Origin: Burkholderiales bacterium
GTDB taxonomy: Bacteria; Pseudomonadota; Gammaproteobacteria; Burkholderiales; Rhodocyclaceae
Reading direction: 5' to 3'
DNA: 46,990 nucleotides
NCBI GenBank assembly: GCA_964203325.1
Contig: CAXNNH010000001.1
Location: 1 to 46,990, forward strand
Notes under the pieces: model-generated
The model's input: the letters and a program-made list of their open reading frames with translations, nothing else
Told to the model about the DNA's origin: nothing
Database searches by the model: none
Shown here: positions 9,311 through 18,185 of the stretch, one piece after another
How positions within the stretch are numbered: the first letter of the stretch is position 1
Layout of the letters: every line of letters starts with the position of its first letter
Made by a program: the position numbers and the translations under genes

Positions 9311-10998
9311 CCCGGGCTTCTATCCAATGCCGCCAATCGCCGCGATGGGGAGTGCATGGCATCTTTTTCTGCTTTCTCTTTCTAACGCAGCTTTCAAGCG
9401 CAGGTGCCAATGCAGCACTTCCTCCCGATACTGTTGCCCAGCAATGGCGAGTCTTGGAATTGGTGTTGCACGCTGAACGCGAACATCCACAACCCGCTGG
9501 GCTGGAACTGACTGTCTACTTTCATGCTCCAGACGGCAATCACTTTGCTGTACCAGCGTTCTGGGATGGGGAGAAGACTTGGAAAGTGCGTTTCACACCG
9601 ACCCAGGCAGGTGAATGGAAATACGATTCTTCTGCTCCACAATCGCTTGATAATGGCTTGGACGCGCAGCATGGCAACTTCACGGCGCTTCCATCTGAGG
9701 GCGCCAATCCATTCCATCTCCATGGCGGTTTTCTAACAGTCAGTCCAAACGGACGTCACCTGACTTATTCAGATGGAACACCATTCTTCTGGCTGGGCGA
9801 CACTTGGTGGTACTGCCCCTCCAAGCTATGCCCGATTGACAGTTCGTCTGCGCCTGAAGACACCTCGATGTTCAGAACATTGGTTGATACTCGATCGCGG
9901 CAGGGATACACCGTTGCGCAGATGTTGTTCGTAGGACCGAGGGATTCTCAGATCAATCTGCACAGACCCGGGCAATGGGCGGAAGAAGATATGGAATTCT
10001 GGAGGAAGGCTGACGAGTACCTGCGCTATGCTGCTGACAATGGCATTCTTGTTGCTTTGGGAATTGGCTGGCACCGCTCCATCGATGCAGTGCCATTTGA
10101 AGAACTCAAGCTGCTTTGGCGTAATGTTGTGGCGCGGTTTGGCTCCTACCCAGTCACTTGGTTGATTGTCGGTGAATACAATTTGGACAATCATGCGAGC
10201 CGAGTAAGTAAAGTGCTTGCCCTGGGCAAATACATCAAGGAGATTGATCCTTACAAGAGGGCTATGTCGGTTCATCCCTGGTATGCCGGCGGTGAGAAGC
10301 GGCAGGCCTGGAACGCGTCCTGGCTCGATTTCGTGATGCTGCAAGGTGCGCATGGTGGTTTTCCCGCTGCGAGTATCTACAAAGATGCTTATGATTGGCA
10401 GCCAACTCGTCCATTCCTTGAAGACGAGGCCAACTACGAGGGCATTCGCAATGCGACCGCAGAAGTCGTTCGCACGACGGCTTACCGTGCCATTCAGCTA
10501 GGTTCATTCGGCTACACCTACGGGTCGCATGGACTCTGGCATCCCATCCATTCCCCAGATAAACTTATCAGCAGCGTCGAGCAGTGGGGAAAGCCGTTGC
10601 TCTGGTGGGAAGCGCTTCAACGGGATGGCGGGCGGCAGATGGGGTATCTGCGGAAATTTTATCAGTCGCTGCCCTGGTGGCGGCTAGAGCCGCGGCCGGA
10701 GGCTCTGGATACAGGCGCGCAGGTAGTGGATGAAAAGAGGCCAGGCGTCACCGCGAAAGCGGACGGCGATAGTTTTTTCGTGCTCCATTTCCCGCCAGGA
10801 GTACCTGCCAATGCAGCCATCTGGCTAAACGGGTTGGCGGTCGGCGAGCATTACGTGGCGAGATGGTTCAACCCGCGCACAGGCGAATTCCTCAAGGAAG
10901 GTGAACTGCGCGTCGAAACTCCGCGAGTGCTACTACCCGATAGGCCCGACAAGGCTGATTGGCTATTGCAGGTGGGCAAGACATCCATGGCACCGTGA
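9307..10998 (+). CDS. Secreted DUF5060 + DUF4038 (GH140-like TIM-barrel) protein, putative glycoside hydrolase
   Basis: Hydrophobic signal-like N-terminus IFFCFLFLTQLSSAGANA. An Ig-like segment LELVLHAERE...FAVPAFWDGEKTWKVRFTPTQAGEWKY follows, then the DUF4038 hallmark DGTPFFWLGDTWW. Confidence 0.6.
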   Translation: MTRASIQCRQSPRWGVHGIFFCFLFLTQLSSAGANAALPPDTVAQQWRVLELVLHAEREHPQPAGLELTVYFHAPDGNHFAVPAFWDGEKTWKVRFTPTQAGEWKYDSSAPQSLDNGLDAQHGNFTALPSEGANPFHLHGGFLTVSPNGRHLTYSDGTPFFWLGDTWWYCPSKLCPIDSSSAPEDTSMFRTLVDTRSRQGYTVAQMLFVGPRDSQINLHRPGQWAEEDMEFWRKADEYLRYAADNGILVALGIGWHRSIDAVPFEELKLLWRNVVARFGSYPVTWLIVGEYNLDNHASRVSKVLALGKYIKEIDPYKRAMSVHPWYAGGEKRQAWNASWLDFVMLQGAHGGFPAASIYKDAYDWQPTRPFLEDEANYEGIRNATAEVVRTTAYRAIQLGSFGYTYGSHGLWHPIHSPDKLISSVEQWGKPLLWWEALQRDGGRQMGYLRKFYQSLPWWRLEPRPEALDTGAQVVDEKRPGVTAKADGDSFFVLHFPPGVPANAAIWLNGLAVGEHYVARWFNPRTGEFLKEGELRVETPRVLLPDRPDKADWLLQVGKTSMAP

Positions 10999-11000
10999 GT

Positions 11001-11798
11001 ATGAAACTAGCGAAACGAATCAAGAAAAAGCTGCGCCTGCTGTCGCGGCACATCAACCCGTTGCGCCTTACCCAGCCGAAGGTGCTAGTGCTGGGAATCT
11101 ATCTCGCTGATCGGAAAAACCTGGTCTGCCACATTGTCCAGGAACTCGGCGAGAGCATGCGCTGCCGCGTAACCCAGCGCTGGGCCGCGCTCAACGGTGA
11201 GGCGCCGGCTGCCCATGTCGGCCAGGTCACCTGCATGACGTTAAGCCAGCGGGTGCCTAAATTCGCTCTGCTCAATCGCCTGATGGAAGGAGTGGACATC
11301 GCCGCCTACGATTTTATTCTGTTATGCGATGACGACATCCTGCTGCCTGAATCATTTCTTGATGGGTTGTTGCAGCGCCAGATCAAATATGATTTTGCTT
11401 TGGCACAGCCTGCGCGGACGCAAGACAGTTATATCGATCACCCGATAGTAGGCCGGGTGGAAGGCCTTGACGCACGAAGAACACGTTTTGTGGAAATCGG
11501 TCCGGTGGTCTCCATTCGCCGCGATGCGGCCGTGCACTTGCTGCCACTGGATGAAGATAGCGGAATGGGCTGGGGTGTGGATTTCATCTGGCCTGTACTC
11601 ATGGAACAGGCGAAATTGAAAATGGGCATAATCGACGCCACCCCTATAGCACACAAGTTACGCCCGCCAGTGCAAACATATAACTATTCAGATGCGGTCA
11701 ACCAGATGCATGCGTATCTTGCCGATAAACCCCATCTGCAACCGGAAGATGCCATGGTAGTTATTAAAAATCACGTAATACCGGAATGCCATGACTAA
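11001..11798 (+). CDS. GT-A-fold-like protein of unknown specificity
   Basis: ATG at 11001 lies just after the upstream stop. DFILLCDDDILLP is a DxD-like acidic cluster. No other recognisable family motif was seen. Confidence 0.4.
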   Translation: MKLAKRIKKKLRLLSRHINPLRLTQPKVLVLGIYLADRKNLVCHIVQELGESMRCRVTQRWAALNGEAPAAHVGQVTCMTLSQRVPKFALLNRLMEGVDIAAYDFILLCDDDILLPESFLDGLLQRQIKYDFALAQPARTQDSYIDHPIVGRVEGLDARRTRFVEIGPVVSIRRDAAVHLLPLDEDSGMGWGVDFIWPVLMEQAKLKMGIIDATPIAHKLRPPVQTYNYSDAVNQMHAYLADKPHLQPEDAMVVIKNHVIPECHD

Positions 11799-12738
11799 CG
11801 CTCTTAATATTTCTGTAGTAATTTGTACTTATAACCGCGCCAAGATTCTTGCCGATACTTTAGTAAGTTTTTCTAAGATGTCTTTTTCAGATCTTGGTGC
11901 TTTTGAATTGGTTATTGTAGATAATAATTCAAACGACGAGACTGCGGAAATCACCAAGTCTTTCTGCTTGGATCAGCCGTATGCGCGTTACCTATATGAA
12001 GAAAAACCTGGTCTGAGCCATGCCCGTAACAAGGGAATTCTCGAATCGAGCGGAAATGTTATAGTTTTTATTGACGATGATGTCTATCTGGACCAGAACT
12101 GGCTGCACGCAGTAGAGCGCGTTTTTGCCAATCATCCAGATGCTGCCGCCTTCGGTGGCAAATCCATTCCCCAATTCGAGAATGGGCGACCTGAATGGCT
12201 CAAGGAATGGATGGCCGGAATGTATGGTGATACGGGATTCGGCGATGATCCCCGCTGGGTCGAATTCCCTAAAATTCCTTTTGGCTTGAATATGGGATTC
12301 CGACGTTGGGTATTCGACCAGATCGGTTTATTTAATCCCAAGCTGGGTCGTGTCAAAGGCTCGCTACTCTCTAATGAGGAAGTGGATATATTTTGGCGTA
12401 TCGCACAAGCCGGCCTGAAGGTCTATTACGCCCCTGAGGCGTTGCTTTACCACCGCATACCGGCAAGCCGTAGTGATCCAAAATGGATCATCGAGCGCTA
12501 TTACTGGCAGGGCATCTCAACGGTTGTATTCGATCAGATCATTCATCCGCAAAGTAAACTGGCGTTGCTAAGGGGTGCCATGAAATGCGCGTGGCAGGCG
12601 TTTCAAGGTTTCCGTGGAGGCCACGTGTCGCCACGCCAGGCATATTGGCACTATCTTGGCCTCTCGGTGGAATACAAATGCTTGAGATGGTACGACTTGG
12701 GTGTAGCGAGACAGAAGCTGCGCGAGGCTATTAGTTGA
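11791..12738 (+). CDS. Family 2 glycosyltransferase
   Basis: Motifs ISVVICTYNRAKIL, VIVDNNSNDET, GLSHARNKG and FIDDDV. It is a paralogue of the GT2s at 23115 and 25723. Confidence 0.8.
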   Translation: MTNALNISVVICTYNRAKILADTLVSFSKMSFSDLGAFELVIVDNNSNDETAEITKSFCLDQPYARYLYEEKPGLSHARNKGILESSGNVIVFIDDDVYLDQNWLHAVERVFANHPDAAAFGGKSIPQFENGRPEWLKEWMAGMYGDTGFGDDPRWVEFPKIPFGLNMGFRRWVFDQIGLFNPKLGRVKGSLLSNEEVDIFWRIAQAGLKVYYAPEALLYHRIPASRSDPKWIIERYYWQGISTVVFDQIIHPQSKLALLRGAMKCAWQAFQGFRGGHVSPRQAYWHYLGLSVEYKCLRWYDLGVARQKLREAIS

Positions 12739-12887
12739 TTTTCTGCAAGCTGTGCAGGTTAATCTGCTGCTTTATGATGACGGTCAAGACTTATGTACTG
12801 CTTGCAGAAATATATTCCTTTTCCTCGATCGAGGCGCGGGGCAAAAGAGCCAATGTTGCCTACGAAAAACCATAAGAAGATAATGGC

Positions 12888-13697
12888 ATGTCAACTAAGA
12901 GTCACCCCGTTCAAATACGTACAGCTGCAGATTTGCATAATGCCTTAACTGCAACCTTCTCCAATGCGAACGAGCGTTTTTTATTTGTACATCCTGGTGT
13001 CACGATCTCGCCCACTGACATTGCACTTCTAGAATCTGCTCTAGACTCACTGCCTCTTACCGTAGCCGTCATCGCACGTGTGTTCAAATACGATAGGCCT
13101 CATTACGTGCTTAATGGTTGCTATTGGAGAGGTGGGCAAGATCCGCTATGGCATAGTCAGGTGCTTGGCGAAAGTTCCACTTACATTGGCAGCCTCAATA
13201 TCGAGCCTGCCTTTCACAGTGCACAGGGTGCAATGTTGATGTCCCGGGAGATAGCGACCCGGGTTGGATTTTACGATGTACGCTTCGCAACTCATTTGGC
13301 CGACCTCGATTGGCAGTGCCGGGCACACAGGCTAGGCGTCTCTTGTTTTGTTGTTCGCGATGCCCGAGCTATGGCCGACCCGGCGACTTATCCGACCCAG
13401 CTAGGCGAACGTTATGCCGTAGTCCGGGACAGCCTGTTGTTGGCGCGCAAACAAGGATCATTTTGGCCCTTAGAGGTTTGCCGTTTATTATTTTGGTGGG
13501 TCTTTGACGTTTGGCGCCCATTTGATTTTTCCCTTTCCGGTAAGTTGGGCGTTAACCCCTTGAGACCTCTCATCTGGGCCATCGCAAGCTATGTGCGGGG
13601 TCTGCGAATGCGTTTCTCCGATGCAGAGAGCAAGGCTACATTGGCAGCGGTGAGAGATTTTCTTCTAAATCGCTATGAGCGGAGGCGTTTCCGCTAA
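12888..13697 (+). CDS. GT2-like protein (divergent)
   Basis: 269 aa. The central segment GAMLMSREIATRVGFYDVRFATHLADLDWQCRAHRLG resembles the acceptor-side region of GT2 enzymes. The N-terminal DxD region is weak. Confidence 0.45.
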   Translation: MSTKSHPVQIRTAADLHNALTATFSNANERFLFVHPGVTISPTDIALLESALDSLPLTVAVIARVFKYDRPHYVLNGCYWRGGQDPLWHSQVLGESSTYIGSLNIEPAFHSAQGAMLMSREIATRVGFYDVRFATHLADLDWQCRAHRLGVSCFVVRDARAMADPATYPTQLGERYAVVRDSLLLARKQGSFWPLEVCRLLFWWVFDVWRPFDFSLSGKLGVNPLRPLIWAIASYVRGLRMRFSDAESKATLAAVRDFLLNRYERRRFR

Positions 13698-13705
13698 AGC
13701 CTGCC

Positions 13706-14944
13706 ATGCTGTCTAGAAGACCTCGAATACTCTTCGTTTCGCCAATAGCGCCTTATCCAGTAGACAGCGGCGTGAAGATCCGCATACGCAACATGCTGGA
13801 CAGCGTTGCGCAGGTGGGGGACGTCGATTTCGTCGGATATTCCATTGATCCGACTCCCGACAACCTCCCGTCCGATGAGCTGTTGTCTGATCTCGCCGCC
13901 CGTTGCCGTACAGTAAGAATCTGCCGGCACCCCTCTTGGCGCGGTGTTGGACGGAGGGAGCGACTGAAAATTCTCCAGCGGTATTTCATCTCGCCAACCC
14001 CGGTCATGTATGCGGATTTTCCTCGCGAACCCTTGCTGACAATGGTCGAGCCACTGGCACGTGAGGCCGACATGATCTGGGTGGAGCGGCTCTATGTGGC
14101 ACACTGGCTGAGACATCACGGCTCGAAGACCATCGTCGATGTGGACGATCTGGATTCGGTCAAGCTGGCGCGGCAAATTGCATTGAGTCCATCTTCATTG
14201 TCGCCGCGGGGTGAGGAAGCACAGGTTAGTAAGCTCGCGCGTGAAGAAAGACATGCTGTTAGTCGATTCGCCCGGCTTGTTGTGTGTTCCGACCAGGATC
14301 GCGCTTTCTGGCCGTCGGTTGCTCAGGACCGTGTTTGGGTGGTGCCCAACGGTGCTGATGACCGTCTGTTTGATTTTCCGCGTAGACCCAAAGTTAAGAA
14401 CCGGCTTGTCTTCGTGGGTGCAATGGGCTACCCACCCAACGTGGATGCAGTCAAATTTTTCTGTGCCGATATTCTGCCCAAAGTGGCACTACAGGTGCCT
14501 GACGTTACTTTGTGGATCGTGGGTAAGAGTCCCGCAGAGGATGTGCTAAAGCTTGACGATGGTGTCCGCGTGAGGGTGGCGGCCGATGTGCCTGATGTGG
14601 CACCCTATGTTCAAGAGGCCGCAATTTCGGTGGTGCCCCTTAGGGTAGGAGGCGGAACTCGATTGAAGATCCTCGAATCGTTGGCCCTGGGTACACCCGT
14701 TGTATCGACTACTATCGGCGCTGAGGGTCTGGATCTTGCGGATGGCCGCGATCTGGTTATCGCGGATACAAGTGATGATTTCGCATGCGAAGTGATCGAA
14801 CTCCTGCGACAGGAAGACAGATTCAGCAAGATGGCTGACTCAGGAATGCAAACGGTATTTGAACGTTATGCCTGGTCGAAAATTCGTAAAACCCTATCAG
14901 TTGACTTGCAGGACTGGTGTGAAAACAGGGGATTAGGTCTGTGA
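13706..14944 (+). CDS. Family 4 (GT-B) glycosyltransferase
   Basis: RILFVSPIAPYPVDSGVKIR at the N-terminus and GGGTRLKILESLALGTPVVSTTIGAEGL (E-x7-E region) near the C-terminus. Confidence 0.8.
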   Translation: MLSRRPRILFVSPIAPYPVDSGVKIRIRNMLDSVAQVGDVDFVGYSIDPTPDNLPSDELLSDLAARCRTVRICRHPSWRGVGRRERLKILQRYFISPTPVMYADFPREPLLTMVEPLAREADMIWVERLYVAHWLRHHGSKTIVDVDDLDSVKLARQIALSPSSLSPRGEEAQVSKLAREERHAVSRFARLVVCSDQDRAFWPSVAQDRVWVVPNGADDRLFDFPRRPKVKNRLVFVGAMGYPPNVDAVKFFCADILPKVALQVPDVTLWIVGKSPAEDVLKLDDGVRVRVAADVPDVAPYVQEAAISVVPLRVGGGTRLKILESLALGTPVVSTTIGAEGLDLADGRDLVIADTSDDFACEVIELLRQEDRFSKMADSGMQTVFERYAWSKIRKTLSVDLQDWCENRGLGL

Positions 14945-15975
14945 GTGTTAATTCATCAGGTGGTCCGCCCAATTCAACAAGGCCACGTGTCACGGTGCTT
15001 ATTCCCGCTTATAACGCTGCCACACATTTACGAGATGCGATTGATAGCATTCTGAGGCAGTCATTCACTGATTTTGAATTGATCGTGGTGGACGATGCCT
15101 CCGTGGATGGAACTTCGGCAATTCTGGCCTCTTATAATGACCCACGTATTCGTGTGCATCGGTTTTCCAAAAATTCTGGTGTCTCTGCCGCGCGCAATAT
15201 GGGTATTTCCCTTGCTCTTGGCGAGTATATTGCACTATTGGACGCAGACGACATTGCTTATCCGAAACGATTAGAATTGCAGGTCGCCTATCTGGATCAG
15301 CATCCGGATGTGGCTGTGGTGGGAAGCCTCGTGGATTATATTGATGAGAAGGGGCACGGTTTATATCGATCTTCTCCCAATCATCCTCAAACCATGGAGG
15401 AAGTTGCAAATGCGTTGGCTTGGGGTTGTTGCATTATTAACTCCGCTGTGACAATGCGCCGCGATGTAGTGTTGAAAAAGGGTGGGTACAACGGCAGTGA
15501 TGTAGCAGAAGACTATGATTTGTGGTTAAAGATTTCAGATGATTACCAGTTGGTTAATTTTCCGGAGTATTTATCTGCTTATCGAACTCATGGCCAGCAG
15601 GCGTCATTCAGAAAAATAAGAAAAATGCGGCGTGTTACTGATATAACAAAAATTAATGCATTCAATCGCAAAAAGACACTAGGGTTACTGCCAATAGATG
15701 CGCAAGCTCCCTTGCCTGATTACTGGGCACGTCTGCGTGGTGTCAGTTATACATTGGGTGGAGATTATTTGGGCTGGGCAAAGGAATATTCTTCGCTGCA
15801 CCGCCATGATTTATCATTGCGCCTGTCATTGCTTACGATAGTCAATGCCCCGTTTTGCTTGGAGGCGTATCGGTCCGCATTGGTTGAGTTGAGCTATGTC
15901 GTCCTGTCACGGCGGAATAGGAGTATTTTGGCTTGGCAATGGAGTAAGTTCGTCAATCGCAAGCCAAGGGAATGA
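14941..15975 (+). CDS. Family 2 glycosyltransferase
   Basis: Motifs VTVLIPAYNAATHLRDAIDSILRQ, IVVDDASVDGT, LLDADDIAYPKRLELQ and EDYDLWLK. The GTGA overlap with the upstream gene supports coupling. Confidence 0.85.
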   Translation: MSVNSSGGPPNSTRPRVTVLIPAYNAATHLRDAIDSILRQSFTDFELIVVDDASVDGTSAILASYNDPRIRVHRFSKNSGVSAARNMGISLALGEYIALLDADDIAYPKRLELQVAYLDQHPDVAVVGSLVDYIDEKGHGLYRSSPNHPQTMEEVANALAWGCCIINSAVTMRRDVVLKKGGYNGSDVAEDYDLWLKISDDYQLVNFPEYLSAYRTHGQQASFRKIRKMRRVTDITKINAFNRKKTLGLLPIDAQAPLPDYWARLRGVSYTLGGDYLGWAKEYSSLHRHDLSLRLSLLTIVNAPFCLEAYRSALVELSYVVLSRRNRSILAWQWSKFVNRKPRE

Positions 15976-16054
15976 TCTCATCTTATGTTTTTTCGCGCTG
16001 ATGTCGCTGTTTTTGACGTATGAATAATATTCGATCTTTTACGCAATAATCAAC

Positions 16055-17038
16055 ATGCCTAGAGTCAGTGTCGTTTTGCCGGTATTTAATGCTGGTGTCT
16101 ATCTTCGCGAAGCAGTGGATAGCATGCTTATGCAGTCATATGATGATTTTGAGATTGTTGTAATAGATGATGGTTCGTCTGACGATTCATTTCTAATACT
16201 CAATGGCTTCTCAAGTCCCAAGATGCGAGTGCTTCAAAATGATAAAAATCGCGGACTTATATACACGCTTAATCGGGGAATTGCCGAAGCGCGAGGTGAG
16301 CTTGTAGCACGGATGGATGCGGATGATATATCCAATCCTGATCGTCTTGAAAAGCAAGTGGCTTTTCTGGATGCCAATCCTGATGTTGCAATGGTTGGGT
16401 CCCTGGCGGAAGAGATTGATAGTAATGGGGTGTCTTTGGGTATTGTTTCCTATCCACTTGAATATGAGGAAATTCAGCAAACCCTGATCAAACGAAGCTG
16501 CTTTTGCCATCCATCAGTTATGTTTCGAAAGAATGATGTTCTGACGGTTGGCGGTTACCGCGACAAATTTCGCCATGCTGAAGACTATGATCTCTGGCTT
16601 CGATTGTCGGAATCCCATAGACTCGCAAATATTGGTGAGCTGCTAATAAAGTATCGTATTCATGCTAATCAGGTCTGTTTTAAGAGTCAGTCATCTCAGT
16701 TTCAAGCGGGGCAACTCGCAATAGCAGAGGCACTGGAACGGCGAGGAATACCGCCGGGCGAGAGGCATAAATATTTTCATTCCTTGTTTGGCCGTGCCAG
16801 CGCGTCGCCAGGCACAATAGGGCGAAATTACATTAACTTTGCCCATACATTTAATATGATGGGGGATATACGTAAGGCATGGAGGTCTGCGGCTTTGAGC
16901 GTGTTGCATAGCCCAGTATCCGTTGATGCTTGGCGAGCATTTTTGTCTTACACCCTGCTTGGCCTCTTGGGAAAGAAAAACGTTAATATTATCAAATGGT
17001 ATTTTGAGCGTACAAAGCAGATGTTCATGCGAAATTAA
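16055..17038 (+). CDS. Family 2 glycosyltransferase (tandem paralogue of 14941-15975)
   Basis: Motifs VSVVLPVFNAGVYLREAVDSMLMQ, VVIDDGSSDDS, RMDADDISNPDRLEKQ and EDYDLWLR. Confidence 0.85.
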   Translation: MPRVSVVLPVFNAGVYLREAVDSMLMQSYDDFEIVVIDDGSSDDSFLILNGFSSPKMRVLQNDKNRGLIYTLNRGIAEARGELVARMDADDISNPDRLEKQVAFLDANPDVAMVGSLAEEIDSNGVSLGIVSYPLEYEEIQQTLIKRSCFCHPSVMFRKNDVLTVGGYRDKFRHAEDYDLWLRLSESHRLANIGELLIKYRIHANQVCFKSQSSQFQAGQLAIAEALERRGIPPGERHKYFHSLFGRASASPGTIGRNYINFAHTFNMMGDIRKAWRSAALSVLHSPVSVDAWRAFLSYTLLGLLGKKNVNIIKWYFERTKQMFMRN

Positions 17039-17135
17039 TAACTATGATATTGCTTTGAATAGGTGTTGCTATGCCTTGGCGGGGCAATTTAAATTATTTA
17101 ATTTAGTTCTGTATTATTATATCGCGGAAGAAAAA

Positions 17136-18185
17136 ATGGCTATTTATTTTCTCACGCCCGACTACGCTTTTCCCTCGGGTGGGGTGCGAATCATCTATCG
17201 TCATGTTGATATTCTCAATTCGCATGGCATTCAGGCTTATGTGCTGCATCGCAAGCCTGGGCACCGTGCATCATGGTTTGATAACCAAACATCCATTGCA
17301 TATTTGGATAATACGGTTTCACGCCGGCTACATCTAAAACTGCAAAAGCGTCTGCATCCAGATCGTCCGCGAAAATGGTTTCTACTGGGTCAGACGAATA
17401 AATATCTTGGCGCGGAAGATATCCTGGTTTTGCCCGAGATATATGGGCCGCAGGAGATGCTGGATATGGCGCCTGGTGTGCCAAAAGTGATTCTTAATCA
17501 GGGTTGTTACCTTACTTTTCAGCAATACCCGATTGCGCAGGATATGTTGTTGACCCCCTATCGCCATCCCGATGTCATTGGGGTGCTGACGAATTCACAG
17601 GAGGGTTTGGACTATCTCAAGTATGTCTTTCCGGAGATCCAGGTTGGACGTTTTCATCCCTCTATCGATCCAGTGTTGTTTGGCTATAGGGCGGATAAAA
17701 AGCGAAAAATCGCTTTCACAACTCGCAAGAATGAATTGATCATGCGCCAGGTCGTTAACATATTGAAATTTCGCAATGCGCTGAGTGATTTTGAATTAGT
17801 GCCCTTTGCGGGTATCGGCCAGCAGGAGGTGGCGAAGATATTTCAGGATTCCGTTTTTTATCTAAGCTTCGCCACCTATGAAGGGTTTGGCCTTCCCCCC
17901 GCTGAGGCGATGGCATGTGGCTGTGTGGTGATCGGGTTCAACGGCGGTGGTGGCAAGGAGTTCTTCCAGCCGGAAATTTCTTACCCCATAGAGAATAGTG
18001 ATGTGATCGGCTTCGCCGCTCAGGTTGAACAGTCAATACGTGAGTTTGAGGCAGACCCGTCGGAAATTATGGAGAAGGGGCGATTGGCTTCTGACTTCAT
18101 TCGTGAACACTATTCACCCGAGCAGGAAATCGGTGATGTCGTGAATTACTGGCGTGGATTCGTTTCCGGTGAATCAATGCAATGA
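17136..18185 (+). CDS. Family 4-like (GT-B) glycosyltransferase
   Basis: Start taken at the internal ATG 17136 (MAIYFLTPDYAFPSGGVRIIY). The C-terminal motif is YEGFGLPPAEAMACGCVVIGFNGGG. Confidence 0.7.
   Translation: MAIYFLTPDYAFPSGGVRIIYRHVDILNSHGIQAYVLHRKPGHRASWFDNQTSIAYLDNTVSRRLHLKLQKRLHPDRPRKWFLLGQTNKYLGAEDILVLPEIYGPQEMLDMAPGVPKVILNQGCYLTFQQYPIAQDMLLTPYRHPDVIGVLTNSQEGLDYLKYVFPEIQVGRFHPSIDPVLFGYRADKKRKIAFTTRKNELIMRQVVNILKFRNALSDFELVPFAGIGQQEVAKIFQDSVFYLSFATYEGFGLPPAEAMACGCVVIGFNGGGGKEFFQPEISYPIENSDVIGFAAQVEQSIREFEADPSEIMEKGRLASDFIREHYSPEQEIGDVVNYWRGFVSGESMQ

Noticed and set aside
10959-11000. Upstream extension of ORF 10959-11798, and likewise 621-680 and 2570-2641 upstream of the wzt copies
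   Set aside because: These extensions overlap upstream coding or junction sequence. The internal ATGs (11001, 681, 2642) give N-termini consistent with the protein families.
16923-17135. Upstream extension of the GT4 ORF beginning at 16923
   Set aside because: It overlaps the 3' end of the preceding GT2 and then crosses an AT-rich spacer. The homology-like N-terminus (MAIYFLTPDYAFPSGG) starts at 17136.
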